Shown in pieces: positions 37,531 through 48,955 of a stretch of DNA of 64,000 nt; the first letter of the stretch is position 1; each line of letters begins with the position of its first letter. Origin of the DNA: Phoronis australis (Eukaryota > Animalia > Phoronida); assembly GCA_002633005.1 (NCBI GenBank), contig NMRA01000020.1, positions 1,397,650 to 1,461,649 of the forward strand, in the 5' to 3' direction. The notes under the pieces were generated by a model that saw nothing but the letters and a program-made list of their open reading frames with translations, searched no databases and was not told where the DNA came from. The translations under genes were made by a program, and so were the position numbers.

Positions 37531-39973
37531 CCGTAAACGTTCGGGTTAACGCCCATGCTCAGTTAACCGCCCATCCCCTACTTTAGGTTGATTTTCGATT
37601 TAACCGCCCACTGCTCAGTTAAGCGCCCCCCCTGCGATTTTTGAAGATTTACAGTTAAGCGCCCACCTCTCGGTTAAGCGCCCATCCCCGATTTTTAAAG
37701 AATGAAGATTTAGCGCCCAGTGCTAAGGAAACACGCGATTCCCCGACTTTTAGAAAAGATTGATGATCACAATGAGCGCAACGACTCCGGGCCTCCCCAA
37801 ACGGTGGTTTAGCAATGTGAATTACTATACAAGTAACGAGTTATTGTCTAGGGTCATGGGCTCATTTCAAAATATAATACTTGAACGTTTTTGTCACTTT
37901 CTTTTCTTCCCATGTTTGCAAAGTTTAAGAACGCCGCGGCGTCAAAGTCTCCGTTTTCAGCGACTTTGTCTGCCGCGCCGAGTTTCCGTCTGTAGTGCAC
38001 TAGATAAATCATATATTCGAAAAAATCAGGCCAGAGAAATGTGACAATGGTTTTGTCAACCCTCCAAATTTTATTAAGGTGGGAAGCTCTCGTACTTTGA
38101 GCAAATCCCACAACTCACGGAAAGATGTCAAATTCTCAATATTTTGATGAATGTAACTGCCGGGTTATAGAAGATGTGTGGCGACCGAAGAGACAGTACA
38201 AGTGCCTTAATGGGTTACCGATTTCGTTGCTGCCTATCGATTTCTGAATTCAAAGGTTGGCAATAATGTATGTTTGTGTATGATCTTGAGTTAATAAAAA
38301 ACTGCTAGTCAAATTTTGTTTTTCGCTTATTGCAGCTCGGTCAAACTGGCGTTAACAAATTTAACTAATGTCGCTGGCTGTTCTTTACTATTTCTTGCGT
38401 CAGCCCCCACGTATCAGCGTGACTGTGTGAATTATCGTTTCCACATCCTCTTTTTCGCCATCCAGAATAATTTTGTTTATACATTGGCCAGTTTCAGCCT
38501 CAGTGAACAAAAATTCTTACTATTCGAGTCTGAAATATCTACGACGTAGACTAACTGAAAATTGGCGATGGTGGGTAAGAGATTCACGCAGCTAGCTACG
38601 GGCATGGGCTTAGGGAGCATCGAGCCGGGAAATATAGGAATAGACTTGACATCGCAGTTTTGGGGAACATTGCGGGCAACGGAGGAATATCGTAAAGAAC
38701 TGGGTCTTTTGTAACAACAGCTTAAAAGTATATAGTCACGCCCGTTTTTGTTCCTTAGGGCTATTCTCTTTTGATGTTTGACTTTGTAGTCATTTTGGTG
38801 CACGTGCGCAAGTTCCCACACTTTGCAGTGCATGTTACCTTGACACCAACATGTGATTGACAGGTGACTCACACGTAGGCCCTACGTGCGTGCTGAATCT
38901 TTGGCCATAAAAACGACATGCATATTGAAAGAGGCCGTTATATGACTTGACGGCATTTCCAAGTCACGATTGTCAGCCGACTGAGACATTGCGCGCTAAC
39001 TGCGGGACCGAACAGTGCCGCAGTGCGATATTGCAAGTGATATAAATTGGATAATCTGGACATCTTGCATGAAAAATAAATGTTTTTCCACCACGAAGTT
39101 TGGTAAGGTGATCGTTTAAGAATGAATTGAAACATCGCTGTTTTGTGGCGTTTTATCACGTATTTATGTCGTGGCTCGAAATTTAATGCTTGATTGACGA
39201 GTGGCTCACGGCCGCTTAACCCTGATTCTTGTCTTAGGCCTAGTTCTTTGCCGAGCATATTTGGCGCAACGGCAAGTGAGCAATGCCGGGCGGTCGAGAT
39301 AAAACAGCTAGCCGCAGAACCATACGCTGCAAATGTCATTGAGTCACGGAGTGTCGACTGTAAACATCATAAACACAAAAAACATTTGAATTAAGTTTTT
39401 CAAACTTTTATTACTACTAATTTTAAAACTGCTCTCAGACTATGAACTTGGCAGCTCAGTACGAGACTGTAACCATAAATTTGATGTCTGCTGTGACCTC
39501 TGCAACACGTGAAGCTTGCACGCGCGCACTTTAACAAGGTCACATCTTGAAATAGTTGCAATCCTAGTAGTGGCTGCGTGGTCACTGGTCGTCTGCGCTC
39601 TAGAGGGCAAAGTAACAAGACCGCAGGACGCCACGGGGCTATTATTATTCAGCAATTCTGTAAATTTAATAGTGAATAACTAATCTGAGGGCAAGAGAAT
39701 CTTTGTTGGGATCATCCCCTGTTATGACATTTTTCCCGTCATCTGGCGACGTGACGATAACGCTCTTTGAAAAGTGCTACGCGTTCCGAGTACGAGGTAA
39801 GATTAACCGCCCAGGGCGGTTGCCTGTCGTAATAAGCGCCCATGTTCGGTTAACCGCCCACCCTAGATTTCTTGAAATTTCACGTTTAATGCCCATGTCT
39901 GGTTAACCGCCCACCCCCGATTTTTTGGGTTTGCCAATTTAACCGCCCAGGGCGTTAACCCGAACGTTTACGG
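37531..39973. mobile_element. Non-autonomous Tc1/mariner-superfamily (Tc2/pogo-like) element, ~2.4 kb
   Basis: Perfect 24-bp TIRs CCGTAAACGTTCGGGTTAACGCCC, TA on both flanks, and subterminal clusters of TTAACCGCCC/TTAAGCGCCC. No transposase ORF seen. Confidence 0.9.
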
Positions 39974-40136
39974 TACTATAAGAGGGGTTATTTGGTAACA
40001 CATTAAACTCACATAAGTCAGTTTTTGGCTTAACTCGGTCAAAGTTCTAGGTAGGGTTATTCTTATTCATGCATGCGTACTTCATATCAACCATATTTCT
40101 TCTTTCTCGAATGATATGTCGTATTCAACTTGCAGC

Positions 40137-41860
40137 TTTTTATGCACCCACATATTTATATGTGGATGCATTATGCTGTCATCTCCGTCCATCCGTCCAG
40201 GCGGCGTCCGTCCGGCGTCCGCTGCTCTATCTCCAAAACCAATTGATGTATGTTCATGAAATTTTGCACTTGTGTTCATTTCATAAATGGGAAAGCATGA
40301 GCGAACTTTCGGTCGGATCCGGCTACTGGTGGGCCCCTAGTGGCAATTTTAGTTTTTTACGTTTACCTCTGTGTCTTCAAAGGTCCTCTACATATTTTCA
40401 CAACATTCGGTATATAGGCATCCAGTAGTGAGACGATGGCATCCTCCCGTTTTCATATGGATTCGACATAGTTGGCGCCACCTAGTGGCGGTTTTTTTAC
40501 TGTTTTCGAGTCTGGTTTTAGACAAACCGCTTTAAGCATGATTGTGAAAATTGGCATACATGTTCTTACTATGAAGAGGACGGTTGACGATTTTCCGACG
40601 ACTTCAAATACTGTGGCAGTTTTGTTCTATTTTTGCACCTATGCCTATATCTCCTAAACCGTTTAAATGCATTTATATGATGTCTACAACGGACGACGGT
40701 GACTTTGTGACAGATCTGACTACTGGTGTGCCACCTAGTGGCAATTTTATTTTTTTACGTTTACCTTAGTATCTTCAAAGGTCCTCAACGTATTTTCATA
40801 AAATTTGGTTTACAGCCTTCTGTTAGTGAGGTGTCGCTATCTTTCCGTTTTCAGATGGATTTGACCTAGTTTGCGCCACCTAGTGGTCATATTTACTGTT
40901 TTTTAGTCTGTTTTTGGCATCCACCCTTCTATCAACCAAACCGCTTTCAGGATAATTGGGAAAATTGGAATGTATGTTTTTACTATGAAGTGGATAGCTG
41001 ATGACTTAGACTATTGTGGCGCCTCCTAGTTGCAGTTTCATTTTTTGTGCCCATGGTTGTATCTCCTAAACCGTTTGTAGGATCTTTGCTAAATTGAACA
41101 AGAGTGTTTATGTGATGCTGACAACGGACGACGGCGATTTTTGGATGGATCTGACTACTGGTGTGCCCGCTGGTGGCAACTTCAGTTTTACGTTTAATTC
41201 TGTATCTTCAAAGGTCCTCAACAGATTTTCATAAAATTTTGAATACGGGTATCTATTGGTGAGATGATGCTATCCTCCCCTTTTTGGATGGAATCAAGGT
41301 ATTTTGTGCCACCTAGTGGCCATTTTTGCTGTTTTCGAATCCATTTTTGGCATCTACCCTCTATCAACCAAATCATTCTAAGGATGGTTTTGAAAATTGG
41401 CTTATATGTTCTCAATATGAAGAGGACAGTTGAGGATGACAACTTCGACTACTGTGGCACCTCCTGGTGGTAGTTTTGTTTTGTTTTGTTTTGCACCCAT
41501 AGCTGTATCTCCTAAACCCACTGCAGGATCTTTATTAAATTTTATTAGTAAGTGTATTTATATGAACCTAACAACAGAAAATGGTGACTTTCAGGCAGAT
41601 CCAATGAACAATGTGCCCCCTAGTGGCAATTTCATTTTATTCTGTTTTCCTTTGTTTTGCTGAAGTTCCGTGACGGATTTCTATGAAATTTGGTGTATAG
41701 CTTTCTACTAAGGAAGCAATGACATGTGTCCGTTTTTGGATGGATGGTACGTTTTTGCACCATATGGTGGCCATTTTTATGACTCAAATAAACTATGCTA
41801 AAAGCACACCATTTGCGATGCATTCGTGGGCGCATTTCAACGCTCTACGTTGCTCTTGTT
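40137..41860 (+). mobile_element. HINE-like family A, copy 4 (complete, ungapped)
   Basis: tttttATGCACCCACatatttatatGTGGATGCAT, CGTCC microsatellite, about 11 internal units, and end GTGGGCGCATttCAACGctctaCGTTGctcttgtt. Confidence 0.88.
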
Positions 41861-43327
41861 AGGTTATTCAGGACCTTATCAACAAATCTGTGCAACTGGC
41901 CAAATATCTTCAAAACTAGAAATTATATTTCTGAAACTTAGCCCTTAGACTTTTATTTTTCAACTTTTTAACAATGGATCACATGGCCATCGGAAAACTT
42001 AGCAAAAAAGTGCATTCAGAGCAAACAACATCGTTAAACATGTCCAAACTTTATTTGATGTAAAATTTCAAGATAAATTCTCAAAAACACTGTTACAGTT
42101 TTGCAAATTATCATTTCATTTTGGTTTTATGCAACTTCATTTTTCCTATAAATCTCAAAACAATTAAGGCGTATTATTTGATAGCCTCCATTGCAGAAGT
42201 GGATCATTTTAAAAATCAATTCCTAACAATGTTACGGAGAACAGTGCATATTAGGTTTTGAACTTCCGCCAAATTTAGACAATTTTCTGGGTCCTAAGTG
42301 GTTATCAAGGTAATCTTCAGGTCATGGCTCATGACAGCTTCTTTCGAAATGCTTATTCTACTTATTGTACTTTAATGAATGTTTTTCAGTGAATGCCTTG
42401 ATCAGAACACACTTATTGTTGTTTCATATTGATAGTGGAAAATTTTCCTTCAAAAGGTTGATTTCATTCCTGTTTTATTTTCTTTAAACAAGACTGTATG
42501 GATGGATTTGTTTCCAAGGGTGTTTTATTCTCTAAACACAATTGTTCAGTGTAGCTTCTAGTGTTGCCACAGATGTTCCTGTCTTCACTGTAAGGCTGTG
42601 CTCTGTAAACAAGACATCTGGTATCCTAATTAAGACACATTTAGTTAAAGTGTAAGAAACCAGTGATTGGTGAAGATCTGGTAAGAATTCTGCAGCCTTT
42701 GAGACACAGTATAGTTTGTACAGGGCAATCCATTTGGTTTTACAAATTTGGTGATAGACAATAATCAGAAAAACTGTCTTTGTTGCTGAGCTTTCAAAGG
42801 TTAGAGAAACGAGCCCACTCATTGTCCCAGTGGTGACTTGTTCCAGCAAAAAATCTTTCTGCCGAAACAAAAAGTCGTGACAAAGTCATGGGTTACATGC
42901 TCCAGGACTTACAAAACTGTAGGAAGTGAACACGTTGATACATGGGCATTAAAGCTTTTAGTACTCCATATGCATATGATAATACACGCCACTGTTGACG
43001 TGGTAGTAAATGAACCCAAGGTTTATAGACACGATTTTGTTAATGCATTGTGAAAACACTGGAGCAGTGGGTCTTCTTTTAATGTTGAAAAAGAATTTTA
43101 TGTGCTGAAGTTGATGGATATGTTATTGTTATTGTTTTGTTGCACCATAGAACAATTGTGTTTTGATGCACAATCGGTAATAGAACTCTTATTATGATTT
43201 ATAGTCCTATTTGATGGTCTGTGCTGACACTGAGACTTTTGATTTCTGTGATCAAGTGAGAAGTTGAATTTTTGCCCACATACTCCACTTCTAGCTTTGT
43301 TAGGCCAAAAGCATTGTTGGCTCTGGT

Positions 43328-43975
43328 TTTTATCCCGACTCATTTTTGAGACCCTGCGGTCACCATAAAAAAATGCCGCTCACATCAATTTCACCTGAGG
43401 TCCTGCTTTTTGCAGAGATAAAAAAACAAATCCCGCATCATTCTTGCTTATCTCAAGTGGATGTTTCAAAGAAATGAACAAATAATAATACTGCGCCACT
43501 GACTTGATTTTCAAAAAAAAAACAGACCTGAACCAGCTATGGTTTTTTGGCCTTACTTGGAAATTCTTGCTCATCAAGTCCGTTATTTTCCTATAATTTT
43601 CTTTTGTCTTTTTTGTTCACATGCTGCACATCTCTTTTCTTATCCGATTGACATGAATTTTACACACAATACATATCTCGTCAATAGCTCAAGGTCAATT
43701 GTTTTTGATTGATATTGGATGCAAGATGGCACTGTGGTGGCCATTTTTCAAGTTACACTTTGTGCCTTTCATTTTTGCTCCGTGTTCTGATCCTCGAATC
43801 TCGGTATTTAAGATTTTCTGTTATTGATTGATTTTTGTATCATATATCCGGAGCATCCTTTAAGTCATCTTTATGAAACTGTATAGGAGTAGATCTCATC
43901 TAGTTTTGCAAGAAGTGCGGGATCCATTTCCCGTTTTGAATTGCTGCTCTTGAGGAATTTCTGAGATTTCCTAAT
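43328..43975 (+). mobile_element. Possible degraded HINE-like element of a third family
   Basis: 5' ttttATCCCGACT versus 3' AGTGCGGGAT (~43914), then an imperfect hairpin AGGAAtttc..gatTTCCT. Single copy, so unverified. Confidence 0.3.
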
Positions 43976-44560
43976 GTAGTGACTGCTCTTTTATTCACTG
44001 ATTCCCCATTCTGTAGCCAACAATGAAACCCAAGACTTTAACTTTCATGAAACAGAGCCCTGTGGCCAGTTACATGAAACAGTCCCTATTGGGGACAAAG
44101 TTCTCTAAATCTTTTGCGTATTTGTTTCGTTCATAACTCACATACGTAATATTTGTCTACGATTTTGTCTTTATTACAAGCTCCTCTTTGACTAATGACA
44201 TTTTCTAACATTATCACTTCAAACTGAGTCCTTAATTCAATCGAAATAATAAATTAGGGGTGTTGCATGAAAAGATCCCTAGTACTTATTTTCAATAACA
44301 CTGCGAATCCGACATAGAGTTCACTCTTGATTTGTATGAAAGTAAAAAAATTGGTGTGGTAATGATACTCAAACAGTGTAAGAAAGGACGATCAGTGTTT
44401 TCACAAGTGCACAAATACGCAGTAGATTTAGGGAACTTGATTGAGTCCCTATTTGGGACTGTTTCATGTAATCATACACTGCCTAGTGGGCTCTGTTTCT
44501 TGAAAAGTGACATCTTGGAGACTAAATAATTATGAGTGGATCACAGTGTGGAATTAATTA

Positions 44561-44720
44561 CCGTATTCGCCCTAATAAGCGTCCATGCCCCTATAAGCAC
44601 CCCCTCCCACGCGTTTTCAGACTTTGCTAAAATAAGCACCCAGTCCATGAACTCCGTGTATATGCGAAAAATGCCTTACCTACAGCTCGAAAATTCTACA
44701 GTAACATCTTCAATTTTTCA
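44561..44720. mobile_element. Left end of another Tc2/pogo-like element
   Basis: ta|CCGTATTCGCCCTAATAAGCG followed by repeated ATAAGCACCC motifs. The matching right TIR was not found. Confidence 0.5.
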
Positions 44721-45974
44721 ATGAGATCCGACAGTCCTGAAAAAATCATTGTGTGCGGAATTTGTAGACCTCGAGCCTTGCCATGACTATACACTTCAAA
44801 CTTGCTTCAAAAAGAACACAAAAGTTGTGCTGATCTTGTTATGGTCTGGCCTTTCAGAACAGACACAGCGTACTTGTCAACGGGATAGTATTGTATCTTT
44901 CCCATACAGATCTTCTCCCTCAACAGGAATCCAAATTTCTTTGAATACGTCAAAACTACAGATCAAAGACTAGTAAAGACTTGACCTTTGTTAAAAGCAG
45001 GTGGCCAGGAAGTGCGCTACATACAAGTACCTGTCATCATAGATTAGTCTTCGGGAACTATCTATTCATGAAACGGATAGCATAGCATCGTCTAGAAATA
45101 AATACTGGCACTTATTTCCAAAAGCTTCTTATACCGTTAAAAACATTATTTGCTTTATTTTTAGGAGGAATTATTAAATTAACCGTAATTGGTGTTTTTA
45201 AAGTCAAAATGACCCACTGATAGTGAACACTTCTGCACCCTTATACCCCCCGAATCCAGTCACCTGGCGACTCAATGACATCGGCTTTACCGAGACAATT
45301 CTCAAACGTTTTTTAGCAGATGAGATCAACAAGTGCTAAATAAAACACGTTCTGCTTTACTGCTTGTGTTAATTTTTTAGCTGGTTACAATGCACCGCTA
45401 GATCGTTACATCGCGTTTACTCTGGCAAATGAACTCTGATGACTCGCACGCGCTCTTTCAATCACAGACAAACTTCAAAACAAACATCACGTGACCACAA
45501 CATTTGTGTTCGTCCAGAGATTTTTCTCTTGTTGGGGTGAACAATTCTGCACTAGTTCAGAAATCTTGGAATTCTTTAGCTTGATAAGGATGACAAATAT
45601 GACATACTGAGCATCTTTCCAATCATTTCCAGGGGATGTTAAATACAAAAAAGATGTGACCTATTTTGTGCTTGACTGCTTGAAACTGTCGGCCATTTCT
45701 GATCTTGTTCTCTGGATCGGGTCTCATAATTTAAAATTTTTAGGCCTTGAGTGACAGAAATGCTTTGGCTGCTAGATTGTCTTGAACCACACTAACAGTA
45801 CAAGCCAAAAAAACGGTCTTGCCCAAGAGCAGTGCTAAGCGTCACTTACGGTGTCCTGTAACGACAGGTCTGGCAGGAGGGGTTCCTCTCTTTAAATTAA
45901 TATGTTATCTTTTTCAATTTTCTATAAAAATGGAACAGCGTGTAACAATTCCACAATTGTTCTCGATGTTGCAG

Positions 45975-46177
45975 ATATCCCGACAACGTCACCGTTGACC
46001 TCCCCGGTGCTGGGTCGAGCGCGTACCATCCAGACCATTGAACCCAACATCCAGTCAGACATCATTCGTCTCAAGCAACAGCATGAGGTGCAGCAACAGA
46101 TCCTGCTACAACAGTTCCAGGCTCAACAGCAGCAATTGGCGGCACAGCAAGAACACCAGCTGAATGAACATGTCAAG
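45975..46177 (+). CDS. HDAC4: Class IIa histone deacetylase, first confidently traced coding exon (Gln-rich N-terminal helix; phase 1 in, phase 0 out)
   Basis: Acceptor gttgcag|AT, donor AAG|gtaacg. Encodes (D)IPTTSPLTSP...DIIRLKQQHEVQQQILLQQFQAQQQQLAAQQEHQLNEHVK, resembling the HDAC4 Gln-rich domain. The symbol denotes the invertebrate HDAC4/5/7/9 orthologue. Confidence 0.92.
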
Positions 46178-46810
46178 GTAACGAGATAGGAGTGGGTTTA
46201 TTATGGGGGGGGGGTGTATCTGTGTGTGTGGTGGTCTTGTTAATGTCTTTCCTGGCCTAACAGCAGTAGTTGGCGGCACAGCAAGAACACCAAGTGAATG
46301 AACATGTGAAGGCAAAGAGATAGGAGTGGGTTTATTATGGGGGGGGGGTGGATCTGTGTGTGTGGTGGTCTTTTTAATGTCTTCTCTGGCCTAACAGCAG
46401 TAGTTGGCGGCACAGCAAGAACACCAAGTGAATGAACATGTGAAGGTAAAGAGATAGGAGTGGGTTTTATTGTGGGGGGTGGATCTGTGTGTGTGGTGGT
46501 CTTGTTAATGTCTTCTGTGGCCTAACAGCAGTCGTTGGCGGCACAGCAAGAACACCAACTGAATGAACATGTGAAGGTAAAGAGATAGGAGTGGGTTTAT
46601 TGTGGGGGGCGAATGTATGTGTGTGATGGTCTTTCCTGGCCCAACAGCAGTGGTTGGCAGCACAGCAAGAATACCAGATGAATGCCTATGTGAAGGTAAA
46701 GCGCTAAGAGCTGGTTAGAGAGGGGTGTGGGGGTGGATGTATGTGTGTGGTGGTCTTGTTATAGTCATTCTAGGCCAACACCAGCTGAAAGAACATGTGA
46801 AGGCAAGGGG
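46115..46810 (+). repeat. Tandem array (~119-134 bp, 5 units plus a partial sixth) derived from the HDAC exon 3' end and donor site
   Basis: AACAGCAG anchors at 46125, 46259, 46393, 46524 and 46643. Each unit repeats ttggc(g/a)gcacagcaagaa...atgt(c/g)aag|g(t/c)aa plus the first ~80 nt of intron. Confidence 0.95.
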
Positions 46811-48103
46811 ACATGAGGGGATTGAGAGTAGTGTGTATGGGCCTGCATGTAATATCAGTGTGTGCCAATCTTGTTATAATGGCTCCACTGGCGACTGCAG
46901 CTGTTTTCACAAAGCATGAATATGTTGTGAATGAACATGAGGATGTTGGACTACATGACGACTGCAAGAAGGGAAAAGACATTTGTTTAGGAGGAAGCTG
47001 CTGTGTTGGCATTTCCTGAGGGAAATATCGTAGAATCTACTGCGATGGTTACAGAGGGCAACAACAGCAGTTGATGGCATATTAGAATCACAAACTGAAT
47101 TATCTGGAGAAGGTGAGAGCTTCTGTGAGAGATTGGGAGTGTCGTAAGAGCTGAGAGACAGGAACGAAGGAGGTCACCTGTGTAGGAAAAGTGAAAGAGT
47201 TCTGGCGTCTAGCCTGTAGTCGGCGTGGTGCAAGCCAAATATACAGTCAGGTTCTGGAGTGTATTGTTATTTAGAAAGTCATTTGAAGTTGACTAGCCTG
47301 ATAAGTGTTGCATCGGTGCTGCTTATTTATTACGAAGTAATGCTGTATAACACAGACAATGAGATTATTTATGTGTTACCGTTACGTACTGGATGTCAAT
47401 ATGGAATTAAAAGTTAAAGACAAATATTGTGATGAGGTGCGCCCTTGTTGGGAAGGCTCTTTGCTAAGTTCCTTGACATCATTTCTACGACCAATGATGA
47501 GCTGTCTAGTCTCTGGGTCGCTACTAGTCTAGGGTTTGTGACTGATGCGAATGCTGCTGCAAAAGTCAGTAAATTCCCTGGTATGACTGTATTGCTTGAA
47601 TAACTTTGAGGCAAATCTGCTTGACCAAGTCTGAATGTAATGTGCACGTTCTTCGCTAACGCCCGTCACTCTTCTCATCTTGCAAACAGGAAAAACAAGC
47701 CTTCAGCTTTTCGGCAGATCATGTTTACACTCTTGCTTTTAGTGAATCATCAGTTAAATATAGGTTTTACTGACAATGGAGTGTCAAGATGGAATTCTTG
47801 ATTGTTTCCCATGGCCATCGTATTGAACCTTGCCATCTATACTTGAACTATCTGCCTTCTTGTCTCTGGTTGTAATGGAGAATTTTGAAAGAGTTGTAAA
47901 TTCTCTATTCAGCTTTTATCTCGTTTCCTTAAAGTTTCTGTGCGCTGCTGTGTGTGCCACATTCATGTGCACTCGTTCATTTCTCTCATTTCTTATTTGG
48001 TTTTAAGCTTGAAGTATTAACTTACCGAACATGGTGGCAGCCATATTGCCACCTATGTACACTGGCGTCCATTTTGGTTCAATACTTGTTGTTTGAATTT
48101 CAG

Positions 48104-48160
48104 CAAAGGATACTTGCAGAAAAACAACAGGAGCTGGCATACCAACAAAAGCAGATCCAG
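48104..48160 (+). CDS. HDAC4: Class IIa HDAC exon (57 nt, phase 0-0, Gln-rich)
   Basis: tttcag|CAA...ATCCAG|gtatgt. Encodes QRILAEKQQELAYQQKQIQ. Symmetric, so it could be skipped in frame. Confidence 0.8.
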
Positions 48161-48822
48161 GTATGTGTCCTCAAACCTGTTCATGTTTTTTCAAGCAGAT
48201 TTTGATTGGCTAACAATCTGTGGTTTTTGTATGTGCATTCGTGTGCAGATTTGGGTGTTCAAAATTTCAGTGTATACCTTCGTTTCATGCACATAGTTAT
48301 GATGTTGCTTTGGTTGTTGCTGCATTTGATGAAGGGTTTGAGCCTGGTGAAAATTTCAAGTGCAGATATCCTGTTCATAGCAAAAATATCTTGACAATCA
48401 ATCCTGATCAGTTTGTATACCATTTTTGTATAACTCCAATAATCCAAACTCTCTTGTTTCTTTCCGTTGTGAAAAGATTCAACGCAAATATTTTGCACCT
48501 GAATTGTTTTGAACGACATTGAGTTTGGGACAGTTACTGTATATACTGACACCTGAGGCAACATCTTAAAAAGCCCTTAAGTGTACAATGCCCTCACTCA
48601 CCTGAGGGGAATGCTGCCTGTGGAATGCAAGGACAAAATACATTTCACGACAATTAATAGCAAATAATACATATTTCATAAAGTTAATATGTTGAACACA
48701 ATGTTCCTTTTGTACTTAATGGCCTTAACTAAAGATAGTCTCTCCAATGGTAGGAGAAAAGCCCAATTGTTAGTATTAGAATAACATTCTTTTCATGGAT
48801 TGTCTTTGTGTGTCTTTTTCAG

Positions 48823-48955
48823 CAAATGTTCCTACTGCAAAAGCAACAGGAACTGCTTCAACAGAAGCAACTTGAAGAACAACAGAGACGTGAGCAGGAG
48901 AAGATGGAGAGACGGCAGCTCGAGCAAATCAAGAACAAAAAGTCGGATGAACAAA
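48823..48955 (+). CDS. HDAC4: Class IIa HDAC exon (Gln/Glu-rich, phase 0-1)
   Basis: ctttttcag|CAA...CAAA|gtgagt. Encodes QMFLLQKQQELLQQKQLEEQQRREQEKMERRQLEQIKNKKSDEQ(S). Not listed in this frame in the ORF track. Confidence 0.92.

Noticed and set aside
45902-45974. ATG at 45902 as the HDAC start codon
   Set aside because: The upstream residues look intronic and a clear acceptor lies at 45973-45974. An intron-retaining start cannot be fully excluded.
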